Assembly (NCBI GenBank): GCA_046726415.1
Contig: JBKPAK010000020.1
Coordinates: forward strand, 1,995 to 65,994
From: Candidatus Methylomirabilota bacterium
GTDB lineage: Bacteria > Methylomirabilota > Methylomirabilia > Rokubacteriales > CSP1-6
DNA length: 64,000 nucleotides
Direction of reading: 5' to 3'
This document shows positions 44,064 through 53,500 of this stretch, in pieces. A program made the position numbers and the translations under genes. A model generated the notes under the pieces. The model searched no databases. It was given only the letters and a program-made list of their open reading frames with translations, and was not told where the DNA came from. Position 1 is the first letter of the stretch. Each line of letters opens with the position of its first letter.

Positions 44064-47000
44064 AGCTCGATCTCGTCTCGAGCCCCGATTGGTGCGGAGT
44101 GCTCTTTTCCCGAGGCCCACGTGAGGGTGTCCACGACCTCGGCCAGCCCGGCTACCGTGGGGGCGATGAAGAGGCTGCGCAGCGGCAGCTCCACGGCGAA
44201 TTGCTCGCGAGCGCGCGCGATCAGGCGGGCCGCCAGGAGTGAATGGCCGCCCAGGTCGAAGAAGTTATCGTGGATATCGACGCGATCCTGCTGCAGGACG
44301 TCGGCCCAGATGGCAGCCAGTGCCTTCTCGGTGTCGGAGCGAGGTGAAGCAGTCGGCCGATCGGCTCTCCCAGACTCGTCCCGGGCGGGAAGAGCCCGAC
44401 GGTCGACCTTGCCGTTGGGGGCTAACGGCAGCGCGTCCAGGACGACGAAGGCCGAAGGGATCATGTACTCGGGAAGCCGTCGGCGGAGGTGAACCCGAAG
44501 CTCGGTCTCGCTGAGGTCTGCTCCGGCTACGGCGGAGGTCACGTAGGCCAACAGCCGCTTGAGCTCAGGCGCGTCCTCCCGCAGCACGACCACACTCTCG
44601 CGAACGCCGGGACACCGGGCCAGGGCGTTCTCGACCTCGCCGAGCTCGATGCGGAAACCCCGGAGCTTGACCTGATGGTCGAGGCGGCCCAGGTAGTCGA
44701 GGGTGCCATCGGCCCGGTAGCGGGCGAGGTCACCGGTCTTGTAGAGGCGGGCGTTTGGATCGGCGCTGAACGGATGTCGGATGAACTTCTGGGCGGTGAG
44801 ATCGGGGAGGTGCAGATAGCCGTGGGCCAGGCCGCATCCTCCGATGTGCAGCTCGCCGGGAACGCCGACAGGTACGGGCTGCAAGTGGGGGTCGAGGAGG
44901 TAGATCTCGGTATTGGCGATGGGACGGCCGATGGGGACGGGATCGTCGGTGCCCGAGACGCGATGCAAGGTAGACCAGATGGTGGTCTCCGTGGGGCCGT
45001 AGAGATTCCAGACACTGACGCCGCGGCGGCAGAGCGCGGTGGCCAGGTCGGTCGAGAGGGCCTCGCCGCCGCAGAGGATCGCGAGGCCCGGCGTACCGGG
45101 CCAGCTAGCTTCCAGCATCAGACGCCACGTGGCCGGAGTGGCCTGCATGATCGTGACCTGGTGACGCGCGAGCAGGCCGACCAGCTGAGCTCCGTCGCTG
45201 GTGGTGTCGCGGCGGGCGATGATGACGCGAGCGCCCACGAGGAGCGGCAGGAACAGTTCCAATCCGGCGATGTCGAAGGACAGGGTGGTTACGGCCAGGA
45301 GGCAGTCGTGGGCGGTGACACCCGGCGTCCGGAGCATGCTGGCGAGGAAGTTGACCAAGGCCCGGTGCGGGACCTGGACACCCTTGGGCTGGCCGCTGGA
45401 GCCTGAGGTGTAGATGACGTAGGCAACGTCGTCAGCCGTAACCCCGCTGACGGGAGGGGCCTCGGGCTCGAGACTGATCAGATCCCAGTCGGCGTCCAGA
45501 TAGACCGTTTGGGCGTCGTGGTTGTCCAGCGTGTCCTCGAGCGCGCGCTGGGTGACAAGGATAGGGGCCTGGGCGTCGGCGAGCATGAAGGCCAAGCGCT
45601 CGGGGGGGTAGGTGGGATCCAGGGGCACATACGCTCCGCCCGCCTTGAGGATGCCCAGCACGCCGACGAGCATGTCGAGGGAACGCTCGACGCACAGGCC
45701 GACGCGGCAGTTGGGGCCGACGCCGCGACCGCGCAGGTGATGAGAGAGCTGGTTGGCGCGGCGGTGGAGCTCGCGGTAGGTGAGAGCGGCATCCTCGAAG
45801 ACAGCGGCGATCGCGTCGGGAGAGCACTCGGCCTGAGCCTCGAGGAGATCGGGCAGGGTGGCCTGCTGGGGATGGGCCGCTCCGGTGGCGTTCCAGTCGA
45901 CGAGGAGCTGCCGGCGCTCGTCGTCAGTGAGAAGCGGTAAGGCAGACAGGCGCTCGGTGGGACTGGCCACGATGCCTTCGAGCAGGACTCGGAAGTGGCC
46001 GGCGAGACGCGCGATGGTGGGGGGGTCGAACAGATCGGTGTTGTACTGCAGCGCGCCGCGCAGGCCCTCGCTGCTCTCGCGCAGGAACAGGGTCAGGTCG
46101 AACTCGGAGGCACCCGTTTCGGTGTCGATCGGCCTCGCGGTCAGACCCGGGAGGGCGAGGGCGATGGGAGCGGTGTTCTCCAGCACGAACATCACCTGGG
46201 CGAGCGGGGCGTGGCCGAGGCTCCGCTCGGGACGCAAGTCCTCCACGAGTTTCTCGAAGGGAAGATCCTGGTGGTCGTACGCGTCGAGGGTGACGCGGCG
46301 GACGCGGCCGAGCAGATCGCGGAAGGAGGGGTCGTCAGCTGCGGAGGTCCGGAGGGCCAGCGTATTGACGAAGACGCCTATGAGTGGCTCAAGGTCGGGT
46401 CGGGACCGCCCGGCAATCGGCGACGCCACGACGATGTCGCTCTGCCCGCTGAGGCGATGCACCAGGGTCTGGACGGCGGCGAGGAGGCACATAAAGAGGG
46501 TGACGTCCTCGCGGCGGCTCAGGGCAAGCAAGTCCGCGGTCAGCGCCGCGGGCAGGGCGAAGTAATGGTGGGCGCCGCGATAGCTCTGCACCGCGGGCCG
46601 GGGCCGATCCGTAGGGAGCTCGAGAAGCGGAGGAACGCCGGCGAGCTGCTGGATCCAGTAGGCCCGCTGGGCGGTCACCGCCGGTCCTTCGAGCATCTGG
46701 CGCTGCCAGAGGGCGAAGTCGGCGTACTGGATGGGCAGGGCCGGCAGAGGAGACGGCCGGCCGTGGGTGAAGGCTTCGTAGAGGGCAGCGAGTTCCTGGA
46801 AGAGCACGCCGAGAGACCAGCCGTCGGAGGCGATGTGATGGCTGACCAGGAGGAGGACGCACTCGTCGGCCGCCAGCCGAACCACGGCCGCCCGCAGCAG
46901 CAGATCGCGGGTGAGGTCGAAGGGGCGGCCAGCTTCCTGTCTGAGTAGCCGCCCTAGTTCGGTCTCGCGGGGAGCCGCAGGCCAGGCGCGCAAGTCGACG

Positions 47001-50000
47001 ACGGTTACGTCGGCTGGCCGAGACCCGGCGATGATTTGGACGGGGCTGCCGCGCTGAAAGGCGAAGGTCGTGCGCAGGGCCTCATGGCGCGCGACGAGCA
47101 AGTCCAGACTCTGCTGCAGGGCCGGGAGATCGAGGGCGCCCCCGAGGCGAACAGCGGAGGCGATGTTGTGGAGCGGGCTGTCGGGGGTGAGCTGGTTGAG
47201 GAACCACAGGCGCTGCTGAGCGAAGGAGAGCGGGCAGGGACCCGTATCGAGACGGCGCGGAATTGCCCCATTCTCTGCGCGCGGGGCGAGGTCGCTCGGC
47301 CGGCCGAAGGCAGCGCGGCCTGCGTCGATCAGCGTGGCCAGCTGCGCCACGCTGGGCGACTCGAACAGGGCGCGGAGGGACACGTCGGCGCCGAAGGAAT
47401 CCCGCAGTCGAGCCACCATCCGCATGCCGAGCAAGGAGTGGCCGCCCAGGTCGAAGAAGTTGTCATGGACGCCGACCTCGGGGAGGTCGAGCAGATCGCA
47501 CCAGATCTGAGCGATGAATCGTTCGGTCGCCGTGGTTGGCGGTGCGAGCCGCGGCACTGGAGCCCCGTCCGCAATGGCATCGGGCAACGCAGAGCGATCG
47601 ACTTTCCCGGAGGGCGTGAGCGGCAAGGTTGGGAGGGGCACGAAGACGGAGGGGATCATATAGTGCGGCAGCTTCTGCCCAAGGTAGGCGCGGAGGTCGG
47701 CCGCGGAGGGTTCAGCCCCGCCGCGGCCGACCACGTAGGCCACCAGGCGCTGGTCACCGGAGTGGCTCTCGCGGACGACCACGACTGCGTGGCCCACGAG
47801 CGGGTGCTGCCCCAGAACCGTTTCGATTTCCCCGAGCTCGATGCGGAAGCCCCGAATCTTGACCTGGTGGTCGAGACGGCCGAGGAAGTCGAGCTGTCCG
47901 TCGCTGCGGTAGCGGACGAGGTCTCCCGTCCGATAGAGGCGCGCGCCCGGGCGGCCGGCGAACGGATCCGCCACGAATCGCTCGGCGCTCAGGTCCGGTC
48001 GACCTCGGTAGCCGCGCGCCACCCCCGCGCCGCCGATGTACAGTTCGCCGGGCACGCCCACGGGCCGCGGTTGACCTCGCGGGTCGAGGACGTACACGCG
48101 GGTGTTGGCGAGCGGCCGTCCGATGGAAACGGCGCCGTCCCCGGGCGTCACTCGATGCGCGGTGGACCAGATCGTCGTCTCCGTTGGCCCGTACAGATTC
48201 CAGACCTCGCTGGCGCGGGAGAGGAGCTCCGCGGCCAAGCCGCGCGCGAGCGCTTCGCCCCCACACAGCGCCTTGAACGGCCGGCGGCCTTCCCAGCCGG
48301 CCTCGAGCAGGAGCCGCCACGTGGCAGGCGTCGCCTGCATCACCGTCGTTCCCGATCGCGTGATCCACTGCGCGAGCTGCCGGCCGTCCGCCGCCGCGTC
48401 CTGGCTGACCACCTCGACCTTGGCGCCGACGACGAGCGGCAGGATCAGCTCCAGCACCGCGATGTCGAATGAGATGGTGGTGACGGACAGCATCTGGTCC
48501 GATGGCGTCAGAGTCAGGATCTCCTGCATCGCGCCGAGAAAGTTCGCCACGGCTCGGTGAGGGATCTCCACGCCCTTGGGGCGCCCCGTCGAGCCCGAGG
48601 TGTAGATCGCGTAGGCCAGCGACTCCGGGTCGATCGGTCCCGAGGGGGGCCCGGCGCTGCGGTCAGAGAGTTCCGCACAGTCCGAATCCACATAGACGAC
48701 GGTGGTTGTCCCGGCCGGGACGCGATCGCGGAGCGAGGTCCGCGTCAGAAGAACGACCGCTTGGGAGTCCTCTAACATGAAGCCGAGCCGCTCGGTGGGG
48801 AACGTCGGATCGAGGGGCACATACGCCCCCCCCGCCTTGAGAACGGCCAGGAGCGCCACGACGAGATCTGCGGACCGCTCGAGACAGAGGCCGACCAGGA
48901 CGTCCGGCCCGACGCCGAGTTCACGAAGGCGATGCGCGAGGCGGTTGGCGCGGTGATTGAGCTGCTGGTACGTCACAGTTTCCCCGCCGCACACCACGGC
49001 CACGGCCTCCGGAGTCCGGCCCGCCTGGGCGTCGAAGAGAAGCGGCACGGTCGTGGCCGGATAGTCCCGCTCAGTGGCGTTCCACCGCCCTAAGATCTGA
49101 CCGCGATCCTCCGCTGACAGTACGCTGACGAACCCGATGTTCTGCTGCGGATCGGCGGCCAGCCCCTCCAGAACCGCCTGGTAGGAGCGAAGCCACTGCC
49201 GGATGGTATCGGACTCGAAGAGATCGATGTTGTAGTACCAATCCACCACCAGGTTCCCCGCGGACTGCGCGATGTTCACGTCCACGTCGAAGTTGATCGC
49301 GCGCCGAGGCGGGATGACGAGCTCGGCCTCGAGACCGGCGAACTTCGGCGCCACCGCGGGGGGGTCGAGATTGAAGATCACCGATGTGAGCGGCAGTCGG
49401 CTCCGATCGCGAGGGAGGCGGAGCTTCTCGAGCAGGCTGCCATAGGTGTAGCGCCGGTGATCGTGGACGTCGAAAACGATGGTCTTCAGCGAACTCAAAT
49501 AGTCCGCGAATGGCATGTCAGGCTCGAGGCGGCTCCGCACCGGCAAGAGGCTTGCGCAGTGTCCCACCACGTCGTTGGCGCCTTCTGCCGTCTGCCCTGC
49601 CACCACGATGCCGACGACGATGTCCTCGTGCCCGGTCAGCCGATGGAGCACCACCTTCAGTCCGGCCAGGAGCGCGGTGAAGAGCGTGCTGCCGCGCGAC
49701 GCGCCCAGGTGTCGCAGCGCACGGCCGAGCGCCGCCGGCAACGTGAGGCGTTCTCGGCCCGCCCGGTACGTCTTCACAGCGGGTCGCGGCCGGTCGGCCG
49801 GCAGCTCGAGGACGGGCACAGGGGCCGCGAACTGCTCGAGCCAGTACTGCTCGGTCGCTGTCCGGGCCGCGGTGCCCTCGAGCTCGCGCTCCTCGCGAGC
49901 ATAATCGGCGAACTGCCTGGCCGGACCCAACGGGGCGGTCCGACCCTGGCGGACGGCTGAATAGAGAGTCCCGATCTCCTCGAGCAAGATTCCGAGCGAC

Positions 50001-50503
50001 CATCCGTCCACCGCGATGTGGTGCACGGATACGAGGAGGACGTGGTGCTCCTCGCCGAGCCTCGCGATGCGGGCGCGCAGCACGGGGCCCCGACCGAGGT
50101 CGAATGGGTCCCACACGTCCTGCCGCGCGAGTTCGTCGAGCAGCCCCTCTCGTTGCGCGGGCGGTCGCGCCGACAGGTCGTCCAGGGGCACATCCACCGG
50201 CATGAACGCCTCCAGGATGCACTCCTTTCCATCCGCGCTGAATCGGCTGCGCAGGGCGTCATGTCGCGCAACGAGCTGCTGGATCGCCTCCCGGAGCGCG
50301 CTCACCTGACACGGCCCGCGGAGGTGTACGGCCACCGCGTCGGCGAACGCCCGCGATCCGTCCTCGCCCATCTGGGTGGCCAGCCAGATCTCCCGCTGCG
50401 CCTCGGTCATCGGCAAGGTGGTCGGGGCGGATTGCTCCTGTCTGAACGGATCGAAGTCGACCGGCGTCAACGTGAGGGAAGAGAGACGCGGCTCGGTGGT
50501 CAT
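44060..50503 (-). CDS. NRPS, two modules: C-A(Gly)-T-C-A(Gly)-T
   Basis: 2147 aa from ATG 50503. Approximate domains: C 49139-50416 (HHIAVDG); A 47549-49066; T 47318-47536 (GGHSL); C 45959-47242 (HHIASDG); A 44384-45886; T 44129-44341 (GGHSL). A-core motifs are 'YTSGS(T/S)G.PKG', 'NLYGPTE', 'GELxIGG', 'YxTGD', 'GRxDxQVKxRGFRIELGE' and 'GKVDR'. The first 184 codons of the track ORF are read-through over the PKS gene. Confidence 0.95.
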   Translation of the reverse strand: MTTEPRLSSLTLTPVDFDPFRQEQSAPTTLPMTEAQREIWLATQMGEDGSRAFADAVAVHLRGPCQVSALREAIQQLVARHDALRSRFSADGKECILEAFMPVDVPLDDLSARPPAQREGLLDELARQDVWDPFDLGRGPVLRARIARLGEEHHVLLVSVHHIAVDGWSLGILLEEIGTLYSAVRQGRTAPLGPARQFADYAREERELEGTAARTATEQYWLEQFAAPVPVLELPADRPRPAVKTYRAGRERLTLPAALGRALRHLGASRGSTLFTALLAGLKVVLHRLTGHEDIVVGIVVAGQTAEGANDVVGHCASLLPVRSRLEPDMPFADYLSSLKTIVFDVHDHRRYTYGSLLEKLRLPRDRSRLPLTSVIFNLDPPAVAPKFAGLEAELVIPPRRAINFDVDVNIAQSAGNLVVDWYYNIDLFESDTIRQWLRSYQAVLEGLAADPQQNIGFVSVLSAEDRGQILGRWNATERDYPATTVPLLFDAQAGRTPEAVAVVCGGETVTYQQLNHRANRLAHRLRELGVGPDVLVGLCLERSADLVVALLAVLKAGGAYVPLDPTFPTERLGFMLEDSQAVVLLTRTSLRDRVPAGTTTVVYVDSDCAELSDRSAGPPSGPIDPESLAYAIYTSGSTGRPKGVEIPHRAVANFLGAMQEILTLTPSDQMLSVTTISFDIAVLELILPLVVGAKVEVVSQDAAADGRQLAQWITRSGTTVMQATPATWRLLLEAGWEGRRPFKALCGGEALARGLAAELLSRASEVWNLYGPTETTIWSTAHRVTPGDGAVSIGRPLANTRVYVLDPRGQPRPVGVPGELYIGGAGVARGYRGRPDLSAERFVADPFAGRPGARLYRTGDLVRYRSDGQLDFLGRLDHQVKIRGFRIELGEIETVLGQHPLVGHAVVVVRESHSGDQRLVAYVVGRGGAEPSAADLRAYLGQKLPHYMIPSVFVPLPTLPLTPSGKVDRSALPDAIADGAPVPRLAPPTTATERFIAQIWCDLLDLPEVGVHDNFFDLGGHSLLGMRMVARLRDSFGADVSLRALFESPSVAQLATLIDAGRAAFGRPSDLAPRAENGAIPRRLDTGPCPLSFAQQRLWFLNQLTPDSPLHNIASAVRLGGALDLPALQQSLDLLVARHEALRTTFAFQRGSPVQIIAGSRPADVTVVDLRAWPAAPRETELGRLLRQEAGRPFDLTRDLLLRAAVVRLAADECVLLLVSHHIASDGWSLGVLFQELAALYEAFTHGRPSPLPALPIQYADFALWQRQMLEGPAVTAQRAYWIQQLAGVPPLLELPTDRPRPAVQSYRGAHHYFALPAALTADLLALSRREDVTLFMCLLAAVQTLVHRLSGQSDIVVASPIAGRSRPDLEPLIGVFVNTLALRTSAADDPSFRDLLGRVRRVTLDAYDHQDLPFEKLVEDLRPERSLGHAPLAQVMFVLENTAPIALALPGLTARPIDTETGASEFDLTLFLRESSEGLRGALQYNTDLFDPPTIARLAGHFRVLLEGIVASPTERLSALPLLTDDERRQLLVDWNATGAAHPQQATLPDLLEAQAECSPDAIAAVFEDAALTYRELHRRANQLSHHLRGRGVGPNCRVGLCVERSLDMLVGVLGILKAGGAYVPLDPTYPPERLAFMLADAQAPILVTQRALEDTLDNHDAQTVYLDADWDLISLEPEAPPVSGVTADDVAYVIYTSGSSGQPKGVQVPHRALVNFLASMLRTPGVTAHDCLLAVTTLSFDIAGLELFLPLLVGARVIIARRDTTSDGAQLVGLLARHQVTIMQATPATWRLMLEASWPGTPGLAILCGGEALSTDLATALCRRGVSVWNLYGPTETTIWSTLHRVSGTDDPVPIGRPIANTEIYLLDPHLQPVPVGVPGELHIGGCGLAHGYLHLPDLTAQKFIRHPFSADPNARLYKTGDLARYRADGTLDYLGRLDHQVKLRGFRIELGEVENALARCPGVRESVVVLREDAPELKRLLAYVTSAVAGADLSETELRVHLRRRLPEYMIPSAFVVLDALPLAPNGKVDRRALPARDESGRADRPTASPRSDTEKALAAIWADVLQQDRVDIHDNFFDLGGHSLLAARLIARAREQFAVELPLRSLFIAPTVAGLAEVVDTLTWASGKEHSAPIGARDEIEL

Positions 50504-53500
50504 CGCCTCTCGCCCACCTCTAGGTACTTGCCGGGCCGATCGGGGTCGGGGATGAACCAGGCCTCGCGCCCACTCGGGTCCCGCCCCCTTCGCGCCCCGG
50601 GCAGCGGTGGGGTGGCCGGCCCAGTGCTGGGTAGCAGACCGACCTCCTGCATCTCCGCCACCGTCTCGGCGAACGCCTGGACCACGCGATCGATGTCCTC
50701 GTCCGAGTGCGCCGTACTCAAGAAGGCCGGTCGCCCTTCCCAGACGTGGAGGCCTTTGGCCCGGAGCCACGCGAAGACCACCGGGGCGAACGGATAGTCG
50801 GGCGGCAAGCCTATGCAGAAGAAGGAGCTGAAATGCGTGAGGCGGATCGGGGCCTGCGCCCGCGCGACGACGGCCCTCAGCGCCTCGACCAAGCGCGTCG
50901 TCCGCTCGTTGAGCCGCCGCTGTAGCTCTGGCCCCTCTTCCTCGAGGTGGATCAGGCAGGCCCGGGCGGCGGCCAGGGCCAACGGGTGGCGCACGAAGGT
51001 CCCGGCGAAGAAGGTGACACCGATCTCTGGAAAGGTAAGATCGCCATACTGCCACATGCCCCCGTCGAGAGCGTCCATGAACTCGCGCCGGCCGGTCACG
51101 ATCCCGATCGGTAAGCCTCCGCCGATGACCTTGCCGTAGGTGGCGAGGTCCCCCTGAATGCCGAGCATGGCTTGGACGCCTCCAGGGTGGGCGCGGAAGC
51201 CGGTGACCACCTCGTCACAGATGAGAGCCGTGCCCGAACTGGCGGTGAGCTCGCGGAGCTCGCGCAGGAACTCCCAGGGCTGGAGGTCGGGCCTCCGGCT
51301 CTGCACTGGCTCGACGAGCACCGCGGCCAGCTCGCCCGCCTGAGCCCGCAGCAGGTCGAGGGAGGCCGACTGACCGTACTCGAGGACGATGACATTGTCC
51401 GCCATCCCAGCGGGGATGCCCGGGGCGATCGGGCGCGAACGCAGTACCCCATCGCTCAGGGTGGGGCGCACGAGCACTTCGTCGAACACGCCGTGGTAGG
51501 CGCCGGCGAACATGGCGATCCGGTCGCGCCCGGTCACCGTGCGAGCCAGCCGGATGGCCGCCATCACCGCCTCAGAACCCGTGTTGCAGAAGGCCGCGCG
51601 GTCCATCCCGGTGAACGCGCAAAGTCGCCGGGCCACCTCGCCGGCCAGCGGTGATTGGGGACCGATCTCAAATCCCAGCCGCAGCTGGGCCTCAACGGCC
51701 GCGGTCACGAACGGCGGGGCGTGGCCGAAGAGGACCATTCCGAAGCCGTTGGTCAAGTCGACGTACTCGTTCCCATCCACGTCCCACAGCTTCGAGCCGG
51801 CGGATCGGACGGTGACGATCGGGTAGACCGCTTCCTTCCAAGGCAGACGGAAGCCCGCCACCGAACGCGGATCGGCCAGGTGGCGACGGTGCTGTTCAGC
51901 CAGGCGCTTGGAGCCCTGGGTGCGCGCCGTGTAGCGGGTGATGAAGGCCTCCAGGCTTCTCTGCTGGGACGGTGTGAGGCCGCCACCCGTGCCCTTGTCG
52001 ATCGGCCGGTAGGGCCCGAAGGCCCGGGACTCTTGACTCGCGGAGTCGGCCAAGGCGGCTTGGTAGGCCGGGCTCACGGGCACGCCGTCAGGCGGCCGCT
52101 CTGGGGTTGCGCGGGCGCCTCCGCCGGCGGATGCCGCAGGGGCGCCACTGCGCAGGAGGTCGAGCTGTCTGGACATCAGCTCGAGCTGCTGGGCGACCAG
52201 CCATTCCACGGAACCGACGGCGGCGTCGGGTTTCTCGCGCCGCGGAACCTCGAAGCGAGAGCCATCCTCCTGGCTTTCCGGCCGGACAGCCGACCCTCGA
52301 GGTACAACCTCGCTCGACTCGGTCGTAGACGAGACGGGGACACGGACGGAGGGGGCCGGCGACGGGTTGGGCGGCAAGGTGCGATCCAACCAATCCGCCA
52401 ACGCTCCGGGCGACGCGAGATCCTCGAGGAGCTGTCGGAAGCTGATCTTCACGCCGAAGGCCTTCTGTATCGCCGCGCTGGCCTGAGTGAGGCTAAGGGA
52501 GTCCAGGCCGGCCTCCACAAACGGGGTGTCGTGGTCCAGCGCCGCGGCGTCGATGCCGGAAAGCTCCGCGAACAGAGCTCGCACGCGGCCCAGTAGGATA
52601 GCGTGCCGACCTGGCGTCGGGGTGACCTCGACAGGAGTGTCTGCCATGCTCTCCTCGCTCCGACTGTCGTCCGCGGCGGCCGTCGGAATCCCCGCCATCC
52701 CGACCGCCGTCACGGTTTCCGGCGACGCCTCCGGCGCTCGTTCGGCGCTGGTGGGCGGGTCGATCCAGAACCTCTGCCGCTCGAACGGATAGGTCGGCAG
52801 CGGCAGGCGACGGCGCCGCTGCCCGTCGTGGACCGCCGCCCAGTCGATGTCGGCTCCGGCGATCCAAAGACGTCCCAGGGCATCGAGAATCGATTCGATG
52901 TCAGGGCCCGCATTCTCGTCGAGCGGCAGCGAAGCGATCACTGTCTGGCCTGCGGACCGATCGGTGTGCTGTCGAGCCAGCGCGGTGAGGCTCCGGCCCG
53001 GGCCGACCTCGAGGAGCAGTTGGCTGCCTTCGCGCACGAGCAGAGCCACGCCGTCGGCGAATCGGACAGGTTGCCGGAGCTGTCGCGCCCAGTACGCTGC
53101 GTCCATTGCCTCTGCGGCGGTGATCCACTGCCCGGTCACGCCGGACACCCACGGCACCTGTGGAGGCTTGAGGCGGACACCTCGCATGACCGCCTCGAAT
53201 GGCTTGAGGACGGAGTCCATCATGGAAGAGTGGAAGGCGTGCGAGGTCGGAAGCCGGCGGAAGGCGACGCCGCGTGCGCCGAGTTCCGCCTCAAGAGCCT
53301 GAACCGCCTCCGCGTTCCCCGCCACGACCGTGACCGCGGGGCCGTTAAGCGCGGCCACCGATAGGGTGCCAGACAGAAGCGGCTCGACTTCAACCGCGGG
53401 GAGTCGCACGGCGAGCATCACGCCGCCCGGCATGCTCTGCATGAGCCTCGCCCGCTCGGCGACCACCCGCAGGGCATCCTCACGCGAGAGGACGCCGGCC

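Noticed and set aside
50504-51055. N-terminal 184 codons of the 2331-aa track ORF for NRPS-2, and similar 5' extensions of the track ORFs at 28429-29952, 29184-30488, 12781-14463, 15493-16890, 16647-17960 and 35075-36253
   Set aside because: These extensions overlap the 3' ends of upstream genes in another frame and are Arg/Pro/Gly-rich. Internal starts that overlap or abut the upstream stop or carry an SD sequence, followed by the expected family N-termini, give sensible gene models.
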